From the NCBI GenBank assembly GCA_014360655.1, contig JACIXC010000001.1:292715-356714 (forward strand): a stretch of DNA of 64,000 nucleotides. Reading direction: 5' to 3'. Made by a program: the position numbers and the translations under genes. The stretch is from Actinomycetota bacterium (GTDB lineage: Bacteria > Actinomycetota > Geothermincolia > Geothermincolales > RBG-13-55-18). How positions within the stretch are numbered: position 1 is the first letter of the stretch; each line of letters begins with the position of its first letter. The notes under the pieces were generated by a model. It was given only the letters and a program-made list of their open reading frames with translations, was not told where the DNA came from and searched no databases. This document shows positions 27,482-36,308 of the stretch, piece by piece.

Positions 27482-28004
27482 TCGCAATTCATCAGCATTT
27501 CCGATAATCCGATGATCGGAGGTGTGGCGAATGAACCGGGGGGAGGCCGTAAGGGTGGGCAAGCGCGGGGTAGCTGTTATTCCCGCCTCTCTTCGCAGGG
27601 CCTATCATCTGGATTAGGGTTCTTTGCCGGCAACGGAGCCTTGCGAGGAAAGGATCATGCCCAGACCGGCGATGGTATACCCCGTCGAGATATATGCGCC
27701 GGAGAGGAGGGCGGGGTTCTTCCGTAAAGTCGCAACGGTGCCGGGGCAAGCGGTGGGCGAAACCCGTCTCATATCCCTCGAGGGGAAAGACATTCCTGTT
27801 TTTTCGACCGCCCCTTCATCCAAGGGAACGCACTTCACAACCGGAGCCATTCGCCATTTCGGCGAAAATCTCCGAAAATCGTCGAAGGCGTTCTCATGGG
27901 CGCTCCTGTGGAGGCTATTTGAAAACGAGACGACAACGGCCGAACAAGGAAAACGCCCCCCCTACCGCGCCGTCCCCGGTGTTCATGAGATCTTCGGGAT
28001 GCGC

Positions 28005-29063
28005 CTATGCCAGGCCCCGCTCCTCCAGGATGCGCCGCATGGTCTCCAGCCTGTCCCGGGGCGGGACCACGGCATCCTCCCTCTCTTCCAGGGTTATGGC
28101 GCCCTGCCCGCAGGTCGGCACGCAGACACCGCAACCGATGCACCTCCGGGGGTCGATGGCCGCTACCCCGCCGTCAACCGCGATGGCATCCATGGGACAG
28201 CGCTCCACGCATACCCCGCAGCCGTCGCATGCATCGGCGTTGAGCAGGGAGCGGTAGTTGGAGTGCAGGATCTCCCCCGGGTTGGGAAGGACCTTCATTA
28301 TCCTCAAGCCCGAGCAGCAGCAGGGACAGCATGAGCACACGAACCTGATCTCCCGGGCGTTCTCCGCCAGGAGCACCAGCCCCAGCTCCTCCGAGCGTTC
28401 GAGTAGCCCCAGGGCTTCATCCACGCCGATCCTCCGGCCGGGCCAGCCGTTCTCCAGGTGATAGCGGGCGAAGTCACCGAACATGAGGCAGATCTCCAGG
28501 GGGTAATGGCAGCGGCGTCCCAGCAATCCCTGCTGCCTGCGGCAGATGCATTGCTTGACGCCTAAGAATTCGTGCTCGCGCACCAGGTCCCTTATGCGGT
28601 CATAGGCGGCGACGGCGTGGGACGCGTCCACCGCCGACCCCACGGGGATGAATCGCGTCTGCAGCGTCTTCGCCCCTGCCATGGCCAGCCCCACGTAGGG
28701 GATGTACTCCTCGACCATCTCCGCCAGCTCGCGGTCCATGGTCCCCAGGTTGTACTCGTATATGCCCACGATGAACTGCTCCAGGCGGTAGCGGGCATCC
28801 CCGCCCTCCCCTTCCCTGTAGATCAACCCCCGGGAGGCCATGGAGGCGAGCCTCTCCGCCGCTTCCGCCTCCTCTATGCCGTGCCGCCGTGCGATCTCTT
28901 TCGGTGAGCGGGGCTCCCGCTCCAAACAAACGGCCAGCTCCGCTTCCTCGGGAGAGAAGAGCTTGGAGAGGATCTTCATCTCCACGCCGCTCTCGGTGGC
29001 GGGGAATCCCCCCGGCATCTTGTCCAGCAGTTCCTTCAGCCTCGCATATGTCTGCTCGCTCAC
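28005..29063 (-). CDS. Fe-S protein with CxCCPCCC cluster plus two ferredoxin-type motifs (paralog B)
   Basis: 352 aa. The GTG start is preceded by AAGGAG. Motifs are CSCCPCCC, CDGCGVCVERCP and CIGCGVCVPTCG. The architecture matches the CDS at 2258..3349. Confidence 0.75.
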   Translation of the reverse strand: MSEQTYARLKELLDKMPGGFPATESGVEMKILSKLFSPEEAELAVCLEREPRSPKEIARRHGIEEAEAAERLASMASRGLIYREGEGGDARYRLEQFIVGIYEYNLGTMDRELAEMVEEYIPYVGLAMAGAKTLQTRFIPVGSAVDASHAVAAYDRIRDLVREHEFLGVKQCICRRQQGLLGRRCHYPLEICLMFGDFARYHLENGWPGRRIGVDEALGLLERSEELGLVLLAENAREIRFVCSCCPCCCSGLRIMKVLPNPGEILHSNYRSLLNADACDGCGVCVERCPMDAIAVDGGVAAIDPRRCIGCGVCVPTCGQGAITLEEREDAVVPPRDRLETMRRILEERGLA

Positions 29064-29116
29064 GTTCTCGCTCCTTGATTCGCTCTCCCCCGGGTCGTGC
29101 CTTCTATCCTCGGTTA

Positions 29117-29149
29117 AAGTTTACATCCTTTCCCCGCCATCCCCGCAAG
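29117..29149 (-). promoter_or_regulatory. Conserved 33-bp upstream motif, copy 2 (CTTGCGGGGATGGCGGGGAAAGGATGTAAACTT)
   Basis: It lies about 55 bp upstream of the GTG start of Fe-S paralog B. Confidence 0.6.
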
Positions 29150-29625
29150 CTGCAGCTTCTCCCCGCATCGCTGTGCCGAACCTCGCCGCTGCCCTTTGAT
29201 TCTTCGATTCACCAGGCCATGACTTTCTACCTTCAGAACTCGAATCTCTATTCCCTCGATGTGCCAGCGGAAACGGGTCAAGTCCCAAAACGTCTGTAAA
29301 CATGATCTGGCATATACCATATCGATCGTTGTTCCTGCCAATATAAGAAAAACCCATCAAGAATGACACCTTTCATGCATCATCATACGAGGGCCGGCAA
29401 CCCACGCCGCGCGAAGCCATCAGCGGGGTGATCCATGTACCTGGAGCCCAGCCCTGTTGATGATGTTCCCTGTTTTCTGCCGTTGATGTTCGTTCGCCTG
29501 AGGCTCAGGCGGAGCCGGCGAAACCGGCGCTTTCGGCCCTCTTGCGACTCCCATCTACCGCCTTATTCATCTCGACGTATTTGTCAAGGAGATTGCGCTC
29601 TATATCCGTAAAACGCACCCTCTGA

Positions 29626-30661
29626 TCAGCGCTCCGACTCCCGCCAGAGAACCGCGAAGACCAGCTTCAAGCACTCCCTCTCTCCCCGGAAGCGCAGGAT
29701 GACCTTGGCCCTCCTGCGCTCCTCTAAAAAGCTGCGCTCCACCAGGTTGGTGGCGCGGATGTTCCTGCGGTGCACGGAGGGGAGCTTTAGGTGGGCCAGG
29801 GAGGCCTCCAGGTCCTCGGCGAAGCTCTTCATGGCGGAGGAGAACTCGGGTGAGAACCTCTTCGCTGTGACCTGGGCCATCATTTTCCCCGCCTCGTAGT
29901 CTGGGGCGTCCCGCACAGCCTCCAACCAGGGCTTGAGGAGGGGCCGGACGTTTTCAGGCACTTTATCCAGGACGTTTCTCATCTTGTACACCCAGCAGCG
30001 TATCCTCTCCGCCTCCGGCTCATGCGGCCTCCGCCGCCTTGGTGAGGCCGGGAGCGCCATCGGTGGTTACGGTCAAGGGGGGCTTGAGGCCCCGGGAGAC
30101 CATGTCCCTGAAGTGGGAGAGCCAGTCCTCGTAGGATTCCTTTCCGCCCAAGGTCATGGAGAGGAGCACCTTGGCGCCGCAAGAGAGGATGGCCCAGGAG
30201 ACCAAGACTCCCTCCTTTAAGCCCGCCTGGGCCCGGAGCGATTCGTAGACGGCGTCGGAGAAAAGGTAGACGACATCGAGGCCGGAGAGGTCCCGCCCCT
30301 GGAACTCCTCGTATTCCTCCCACAGGACCTCGGTCAGGCGGCTCACAGAAGAGCGGGAGAGAAGCGATTTCCCGCCCCGGGATATCTCGCACAAGTGGTC
30401 CTCTGCCTCCCGGGTGGACAGTCCGCCGGCGTACATCTCGACCACCAGCCTTTCCGAGACGTCGGTGCGCAGCTTGAGCGCCTCCCAGAGCTCCAGGCGG
30501 AAGGTCTCCCCCGTCCCCCTCATCTGGGGTAGGTCTATCTCGAGCCTGCCCTCGGCGCAGTCTATATGCCTCTGCTTGTAGCCGTTGCGCCAGCCGGGCG
30601 ATTCCCCGCCTGAGCACTGGTAGCGCTCCCTGCTCAGCCCTTCCGAAACCTCGGCCTCCAA
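29626..30661 (-). pseudogene. IS256-family (Mutator-type) transposase, frameshifted and N-terminally truncated remnant
   Basis: Two overlapping ORFs in different frames cover the gene. ORF 30020..30661 is the N-proximal part (GWRNGYKQRHIDCAEGRLEIDLPQMR) and ORF 29626..30060 is the C part (CWVYKMRNVLDKVP...RFRGERECL). Intact IS256 transposases are a single ORF of about 400 aa. No canonical N-terminus is found upstream. Confidence 0.75.
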
Positions 30662-31088
30662 CGCCTCCCAGATCAGCTTTCCCGCTCCATCCTTATCAGC
30701 TCGCTGTCAGATTCTCTGCCTCGTTCTCTTCTATGAGCTCTTTTTGCCTTCTTCTCCAGCAACTCGCTCGGTGATATTCTTTTCATAGGTCTGGACTCCT
30801 TTCGTCGGTTGCTTTGGTTGTGCATAACAACCGATATGGTAGTCCAGACCGCTTAGAATTTACAGACAGTTTAGGACGTAGCCAGCCGAGAGATGGGCCA
30901 CAGGTTCGCTTTAGCGATATCTCCAAGATCAGCAGCCACTTGGGCAACAGGCCCTTTTGGTTACACTAATCACACGTCTGGATAACCCGGCAAGGAAGTG
31001 AGCTGCGTTACTGTAAATGCCATGCATGCACAAGCTACCAGACCTGAATTTGAGTGGGGGAAGTGACCTCTATTTCTGTACAAAATTT

Positions 31089-31649
31089 CTATGACGGCCA
31101 TTCGCCCTTTTCCCAGACAGTGGGCTCCAGGTCGTAACGCATGCTAATCGTCTTGCCTCTAGGATCTGCTTCATTTTCATGGTGATTTTCAAGGAAGCCA
31201 AGTTTTTCGTAGAAGTCCCGACTGTCTTGGTAGGCATCAACCGAAATAAAGCGTAACCCGATCCATTCTTGAATCTCTAAAGCTAGACCTATTACGTCAT
31301 AGACCATTGTGCGACCTATGCCCTTGCCTTGGAAGTCTTTTTGTACGCCGAGCCTGCATATCTTAAGGGCAGGGTATTCGCTGTATGGGATATTATATTC
31401 TCTTTTAATTCTATCTTTTTCCTCTTTGGCGAGGCTTATGCAGTCAGTCGCCAAGCTATAAAAACCTACGGTTTTCCCCTTGTATTTTACCAGAGTAGTC
31501 ATGGCCACATTGGCGTTCTGGTGGCGAAGTGCGTCATTGATAATAAAGTCGTTGAGGTCTTCGTCACCACAATCAAAATCCGAGGGGATATTCTCCTCGG
31601 ATAGTGGTTCAGAAGTCAAATCTTGCAGGGAGATATTCTCATCCATCAC
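31089..31649 (-). CDS. GNAT-family acetyltransferase, TacT/AtaT-like toxin type
   Basis: 186 aa. The N-terminal motif is FDCGDEDLNDFI. The GNAT A-motif reads QGKGIGRTMV. The gene is low-GC and overlaps an upstream small ORF by 11 bp. Confidence 0.6.
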   Translation of the reverse strand: MMDENISLQDLTSEPLSEENIPSDFDCGDEDLNDFIINDALRHQNANVAMTTLVKYKGKTVGFYSLATDCISLAKEEKDRIKREYNIPYSEYPALKICRLGVQKDFQGKGIGRTMVYDVIGLALEIQEWIGLRFISVDAYQDSRDFYEKLGFLENHHENEADPRGKTISMRYDLEPTVWEKGEWPS

Positions 31650-31827
31650 GCCCCTTTAGGGTAGTTGGAAAGGGCTGACGATGCTTCTTAAGCTCCCTGT
31701 GAATTTCCCGCGCTTCCTTCAGGAGTCGCTCTTTCTGCGGGCTGTATTTCACCTTGGTGATACTCTGACAGAAGAGATCTATGCTCTTGCCCTTGAGTGT
31801 AGGTGTCGGTTCTATCGGTCTTGCCAT
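31639..31827 (-). CDS. Putative cognate small antitoxin (62 aa; weak RHH/DUF1778-like resemblance)
   Basis: The ATG is preceded by GGAGG. The ORF overlaps the GNAT gene start, which is the typical toxin-antitoxin arrangement. Similarity to TacA-type antitoxins is weak (KSIDLFCQSI ~ SLTDFVVSNI). Confidence 0.4.
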   Translation of the reverse strand: MARPIEPTPTLKGKSIDLFCQSITKVKYSPQKERLLKEAREIHRELKKHRQPFPTTLKGRDG

Positions 31828-32130
31828 TTCTGCCTCCGTCGAAAAACTAAGAGAGTGTACCTTATGGTAAATTCTTCAGGCTCTCCGTTTCCTCCTTTTC
31901 TATATTCTAAATATTTATATCGTGCCCATCGATTAATTATTTTAACCTATTTCGTCAACCCTGAAACACGTTCAGCCTGCCAGACCTGAGTAAGATCCCG
32001 GGCTGCTTCCGATTCTTTATGCAATCCCGGAGTCCCTGTCCAGGCATGCCCGCTTCTCCAGGCTTTTAAACGGGAGCCCACGCACTATCCTAGCAACAAC
32101 CATGGACAGCAACAAGTGACAGGGTTGGTA

Positions 32131-32523
32131 AAAAGGGGAGGGAGTGGGCCTGTAAGCCGGATTCTGTACCCGGGGGGATGCCCCGGGCGGTGGTCATCCA
32201 TCTGGGACCGCCGTTACCGGCGGCCTCATGCGGCCTACCCGAGCCTCGAGCGCCGCGGGCCACGGCATCGGCTCCTATTTGGCCTTGCTCCGGGAGGGGT
32301 TTACCAAGCCGGCCCCGTCACCGGGACCGCTGGTGGGCTCTTACCCCACCTTTTCACCCTTGCCCCTGCCCCCATGGGGGGCGGTGGGCGGTTTCCCTTT
32401 CTGTGGCACTTTCCGTCGGGTCACCCCGCCTGGGCGTTACCCAGCTCCCTGCCCTGCGGAGTCCGGACTTTCCTCGAGCGCGCCGGCCGGCGCACCCGCG
32501 ACCACCCGGCCTACTCCCTCCAC
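32131..32523 (-). ncRNA. rnpB: RNase P RNA, bacterial type A
   Basis: Three universally conserved segments are seen on the minus strand. GAGGAAAGUCCGGACUCC is the P4 5' strand (plus 32458-32478). ACAGAAUCCGGCUUACAG is the P4 3' strand (plus 32152-32169). GGUGGGGUAAGAGCCCACC matches the GGUGCGGUAAGAGCGCACC region. The P1 stem GGAGGGAGUAGGCC pairs with GGCCCACUCCCUCC, followed by a U-run. Confidence 0.85.
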
Positions 32524-32788
32524 ATTCCATTATATTCGAGCGCCGGCCGGGGATAAACGTTCCCGGGGAGAGCGCGCCTTTCCCGTTGAATCCCAGGTTG
32601 GATCCGACCCTGCCGGGAGCAGGGAATGCTTCGCCCGTCCCGGGGGAGCACCGTTCGCAGAAGGTCTTACCCGTGGGGCGCTTGCCGCCTGACCAGGACA
32701 TATCAAAGCCCGGCTCCCTGCATCGGTCCGAGTTTTCCATCCCGGGCGTCTCCCGCACCGCTCGGGGACCACCACCCGGGGCACGCGC

Positions 32789-33073
32789 TCAGGAACCGCG
32801 CTGCTTCCTCTCCTCTTCCTCCGCCATCGCGATGTATTCCGCCCAGTTCTCGGAGAGCCTGGCCTCGCCCTCGTAGCGCCCCATGGGCGTGATCACCGGC
32901 TGAGGCCCCGAGCCGTCCCATTCCTTCTCGGCGGGTTCGAAGCTGTGGCCGGTCACCTTGCCCTCCTCGTCGAAGTGGAACCAGACCCTCTGGCCGGGGT
33001 TTTCCTCCGACGAGAGAAAGGCCTTCATGGTGAACAGGTGCTGCGTTTTCAGGTAATCCCTTACGGCGGACAT
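32789..33073 (-). CDS. Hypothetical small protein (94 aa)
   Basis: The ATG is preceded by GGAGGTG and the codon usage is coding-like. No known family. Confidence 0.5.
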   Translation of the reverse strand: MSAVRDYLKTQHLFTMKAFLSSEENPGQRVWFHFDEEGKVTGHSFEPAEKEWDGSGPQPVITPMGRYEGEARLSENWAEYIAMAEEEERKQRGS

Positions 33074-33291
33074 GGCTCACCTCCTCGAGCGCGACGCTTT
33101 TACCCCTTCACATTCTATCCTCCCTGACGGCACGTCTTCCACTTACCGCGGGTAGGCGAACACGCCGCGCTACCCCTGCCGGGGGCGCGATCGCGGGAGG
33201 AAGGGCACAGGCGGCGACGCTTCACGGCAGTGTCCGCGGGAGGCGCTTTTCCGCCCCAGCGGGGGGAAGGCGCGGCGCTCCTGGGACGGCC

Positions 33292-34317
33292 TCACTCGCC
33301 CGGGGCGGGCAGCTTCTCCGCCAGGTGGCCGAAACCGCAGCGGGCGAGGAGGTTCTTCGCCGCCCCCGCCAGCAGGTCCTCCTCGATCCCTTCGTCGAAC
33401 CCGAAGAAGCGCAGGTCCTCCAGGAGGGCGGGGTGGTACCCGAACCCCACGGGGAAGTCCGTGCCGTACATGATGCGGTCGGAGAAGTCCTCCAGCAGGC
33501 GGTGGAACCAGGGCAGGTTCTTCTCCACCTCCTCCACCTCCAGGCTGGAGGCCGAATCCGGGAGGGAGCTCCCCTGGGACTTCAGGTGATGGTGCAGGCG
33601 CAGGCAGGAGATGGTGTTGGTCATGTCCAGCCAGAAATTGGGATATTCTTCCATGAGGCGGTGGGCTAGGCGGAAGCGGGGGAAGAGCGCGTGCACCGCC
33701 ACCACCTGCATGCGCGGGTGGTCGCGGATGGTGCGCTCCATCTCCTCCAGGTCCATGTACATGCCGTAGAAGGCGTCGAAGCCGGTGTGCACGAGGAGCG
33801 GCCTGCCGTGCTCGTCGAGCACCCGGAAGAGCGGCCGCATCTCCTCGCCGAAGGCGGGAAAGCGCTGCGCGTAGGGGTGCAGCTTCATGCCCACGAAGCC
33901 GTATTCCTCGATGCAGCGCCGCGTCTCCCCCTCCTTGTCCGGCGTTTCGATGTGCAGGGAGCCGAAGGGCACCGCCTCCGGGATCCCCGCGCAGAGGTCG
34001 CGGTTGAAGCGGTTGAGGTCCTCCGTCTCCTCCTCCCACAGGGGGAAGACGAGGTTGAAGAAGAGGGGGATGCCCGAGGAGCGGAGGGAGGCCAGGATCT
34101 CCTCCGTGGAGATGTCCTCGCTCACCGGGAATCCGGGGGTGAACTTCTTCACCCAGCGCACCAGGCCGCGCATGCGCCGCGGCGGCAGGATGTGCACGTG
34201 GGTGTCCACCCAGGGCGCGCCCCCTACCCCGGGGCCGTCCCCGGCGCTATCCCAGCGCATGGGGATGTCCGCCGCCTGCCAGGCTTCCCCTTCCCCGTTT
34301 CGGTCACCGGATGCCAT
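33292..34317 (-). CDS. Amidohydrolase-2-type TIM-barrel metal-dependent hydrolase
   Basis: The motifs DTHVHIL, a HxH-like site and the downstream metal ligands (HTGFDAFYG...D) fit the amidohydrolase 2 family. The ATG is preceded by GGGAGGG. Confidence 0.6.
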   Translation of the reverse strand: MASGDRNGEGEAWQAADIPMRWDSAGDGPGVGGAPWVDTHVHILPPRRMRGLVRWVKKFTPGFPVSEDISTEEILASLRSSGIPLFFNLVFPLWEEETEDLNRFNRDLCAGIPEAVPFGSLHIETPDKEGETRRCIEEYGFVGMKLHPYAQRFPAFGEEMRPLFRVLDEHGRPLLVHTGFDAFYGMYMDLEEMERTIRDHPRMQVVAVHALFPRFRLAHRLMEEYPNFWLDMTNTISCLRLHHHLKSQGSSLPDSASSLEVEEVEKNLPWFHRLLEDFSDRIMYGTDFPVGFGYHPALLEDLRFFGFDEGIEEDLLAGAAKNLLARCGFGHLAEKLPAPGE

Positions 34318-34456
34318 CGTCCCTCCCGTTTGCCGTTTCCGTCGTTATCTACCGTCCTTTCCATCGCTGGCGCCGCCGCGCCGCAAGGGGCATCCGGCAG
34401 GGCTAAGCGGATTATACAACATCCACTGGGATGCACGAGGGAACGGGCACGTCGCC

Positions 34457-34598
34457 GTGCCCGCGGAAGTGCCCCGCGGATGTGCCAGCGGACGTGCCCC
34501 GCGGATGTGCCAGCGGACGTGTAGGCGGACGTGCCCGCGGACGTACCACCTGAAGTGCCAGCGGAAGTACCCCACGGACGTGCCATCGGACGTGGCCG
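34457..34598. repeat. 12-bp imperfect tandem repeat (gcggaYgtgccM), about 12 units, in a divergent promoter region
   Basis: Visible periodicity. The spurious ORF translations show the repeated peptides GTSAGTSA and HVRWHVRG. Confidence 0.8.
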
Positions 34599-34783
34599 CT
34601 CAGATGACCGCGTGGGCGAACGCGGACAAGCGCCGCTCCCCGGCGCGTGCCGATAGCGCCTGACGGCGAAAGGACGTGAGGCCTCCCGCCCGCTCCGTAC
34701 GCGGGAAGCCCCGGCGGGAGGGATTGTATAATTGTGCGGGAAGCGAGGTAAGGGAGGGGAAAGACGAAGGAGGAAGAAAGCGC

Positions 34784-35983
34784 GTGAGGGGGATATCCCG
34801 CCTGCTCCTGGCCATCGTGGTGCCATCTATTATGGTAATAATTTCCATATACGGCGCCGCGGGCTGCGCCGGCGAGGATCTCACCGCCAGGGTGATCGGG
34901 CTGCTGCAAGAAAAGGCCGGGACCTTCACCGCCCTCGACTACACCTGCATCACGGAGGACGGGGAAAGCGTCTACCGGGAGGAGTTCTTCCTGCGCTTTC
35001 CCGACGGATACCGCTACCGCTTCCTCGACGTCTCCCGGGGGGAGGCGCGCCTGCTGCAATACACGGCGCAATCCGGCAACCGGGTCTACCGCGTGCGCAC
35101 GCAGAGCGATGACGCCGGCGCCGCCTACCTCCAGGCCGAGCTGTTGCTGGACGTGCCTCCCCTGCGCAACACCGGCGCGTACCTCTCCCTCTACAACCTC
35201 TGCGGCAACGCGGATTATTACTCCTCCCTGGCCTCCCTCCTCCAGGGCGGGAGCCTGCAGGTCCTCGCGCGCTCGTCGCTCGGGGGCAAGGACGCCTTTC
35301 ACCTGAAATCGCCCCCCGGACTCTCCCCGGAAACGGAGCTGTGGATAGACGCCGGGAGCGGCCTGCCGCTGCGCAAGGAGGTCTCCCTCGCCGGGGACAG
35401 GCGCATCTCCTTCTCTTACCAGGACTTCAGGATCGACGCGTACGGGGAACTGGAGCCCTTCCCCTCCGGCATCCCGCCCGGCTTCGATGCCTCCCTCCCC
35501 GTGAGGGAAGCGACCCGCAACGGGGCGTGCCTTCCCCTGGACCCGGCGGACGCGGCATCGGCGCTGGGTTTCGCGCCCCTGACGGTGGAAATAGAGGGGT
35601 TCGCGCTGGCGGGGGCGTACGTGAGGGACCCCACCGCCTCCGACCTCTTCCCCTCCGAGCGGTCCGTGGCCTTCCCCCAGGGTTTCCGGGAGCTTTACCT
35701 GGTTTACCGCAGCGGCAGCCGCCAGTGCGAGGTGCGGGAGGTGCCCGTGGTGGAGGGCTTCGCCGCCTACACCACCGGACTGGGAGCCCTCTCGGGCGCT
35801 TACCTCACGCAGCAGGAGATCCTGGGGGGTCCGGAGGCGAAGGCCTACTACACCGCCGCCCTCGGTTTCCAGGAGATGCGCCTGGCGACAGGGAGCCTGG
35901 AGATCACGGTGACCGGCGACCTCTCGCGCAACGAGCTGGAAGGGCTTTCCGCGGCCTTCCATGAACTGGCCGCGGGCAGGTAG
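34784..35983 (+). CDS. Hypothetical lipoprotein (signal peptide + lipobox AAGC)
   Basis: A GTG start is preceded by a GAAGGAGGAAG RBS. The signal peptide reads LLLAIVVPSIMVIISIYGAAGC. The rest is coding-like with no clear family. Confidence 0.55.
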   Translation: MRGISRLLLAIVVPSIMVIISIYGAAGCAGEDLTARVIGLLQEKAGTFTALDYTCITEDGESVYREEFFLRFPDGYRYRFLDVSRGEARLLQYTAQSGNRVYRVRTQSDDAGAAYLQAELLLDVPPLRNTGAYLSLYNLCGNADYYSSLASLLQGGSLQVLARSSLGGKDAFHLKSPPGLSPETELWIDAGSGLPLRKEVSLAGDRRISFSYQDFRIDAYGELEPFPSGIPPGFDASLPVREATRNGACLPLDPADAASALGFAPLTVEIEGFALAGAYVRDPTASDLFPSERSVAFPQGFRELYLVYRSGSRQCEVREVPVVEGFAAYTTGLGALSGAYLTQQEILGGPEAKAYYTAALGFQEMRLATGSLEITVTGDLSRNELEGLSAAFHELAAGR

Positions 35984-36308
35984 CCCGACGCCTCGGCCCC
36001 GGCGCCCGCTTCTCTCCCCTGCTTCGGTACCCGCTCCTCCCGTCCCGGTGGCGTACCGGCCCAATCGCCCGCGTCCCACCGGGAGACCGCGTCGAGAGGA
36101 CGAGGTGTCCTTTTAACCAGTGGTGTTGCATGGGGAGATCTCGTCGAGGTACGTCGAGGTAACAACACGTAACAAAACGATCCTTCGTCGCATGGCGTCC
36201 CACCGGGAGACCGCGTCGCGGGAACGGGGGTATCTACCTCAGCAGGGCTCCGTCAAGCGCTCCGTCCGGCGCATGAGGCGCCCATGCAAGAAGGGGCATG
36301 CGCGGGCT

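Noticed and set aside
27624-28334. 236-aa plus ORF as a gene
   Set aside because: Its downstream two-thirds is antisense to Fe-S paralog B. Only the first 116 codons are in otherwise empty DNA; these are kept as a low-interest finding.
30662-30900. Intact N-terminus or terminal inverted repeats for the IS256-like element
   Set aside because: Translations upstream of 30661 do not resemble the transposase N-terminus. The hairpin at 30790-30862 (ggtctggact...agtccagacc) could not be matched to a partner IR at the other end.
31639-31827. Calling the 62-aa ORF a bona fide DUF1778/TacA antitoxin
   Set aside because: Only weak similarity is seen, and the N-terminal RLSLRVS-type strand is not evident. 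It is kept as a putative antitoxin because of overlap and position only.
32116-32876. Protein-coding ORFs 32116..32556, 32178..32876, 32228..32692, 32354..32758
   Set aside because: The region is the RNase P RNA gene (minus strand). The ORFs are GC-driven artefacts.
34412-36079. 555-aa minus ORF
   Set aside because: It is antisense to the lipoprotein gene. Its 3' part translates the 12-bp minisatellite.
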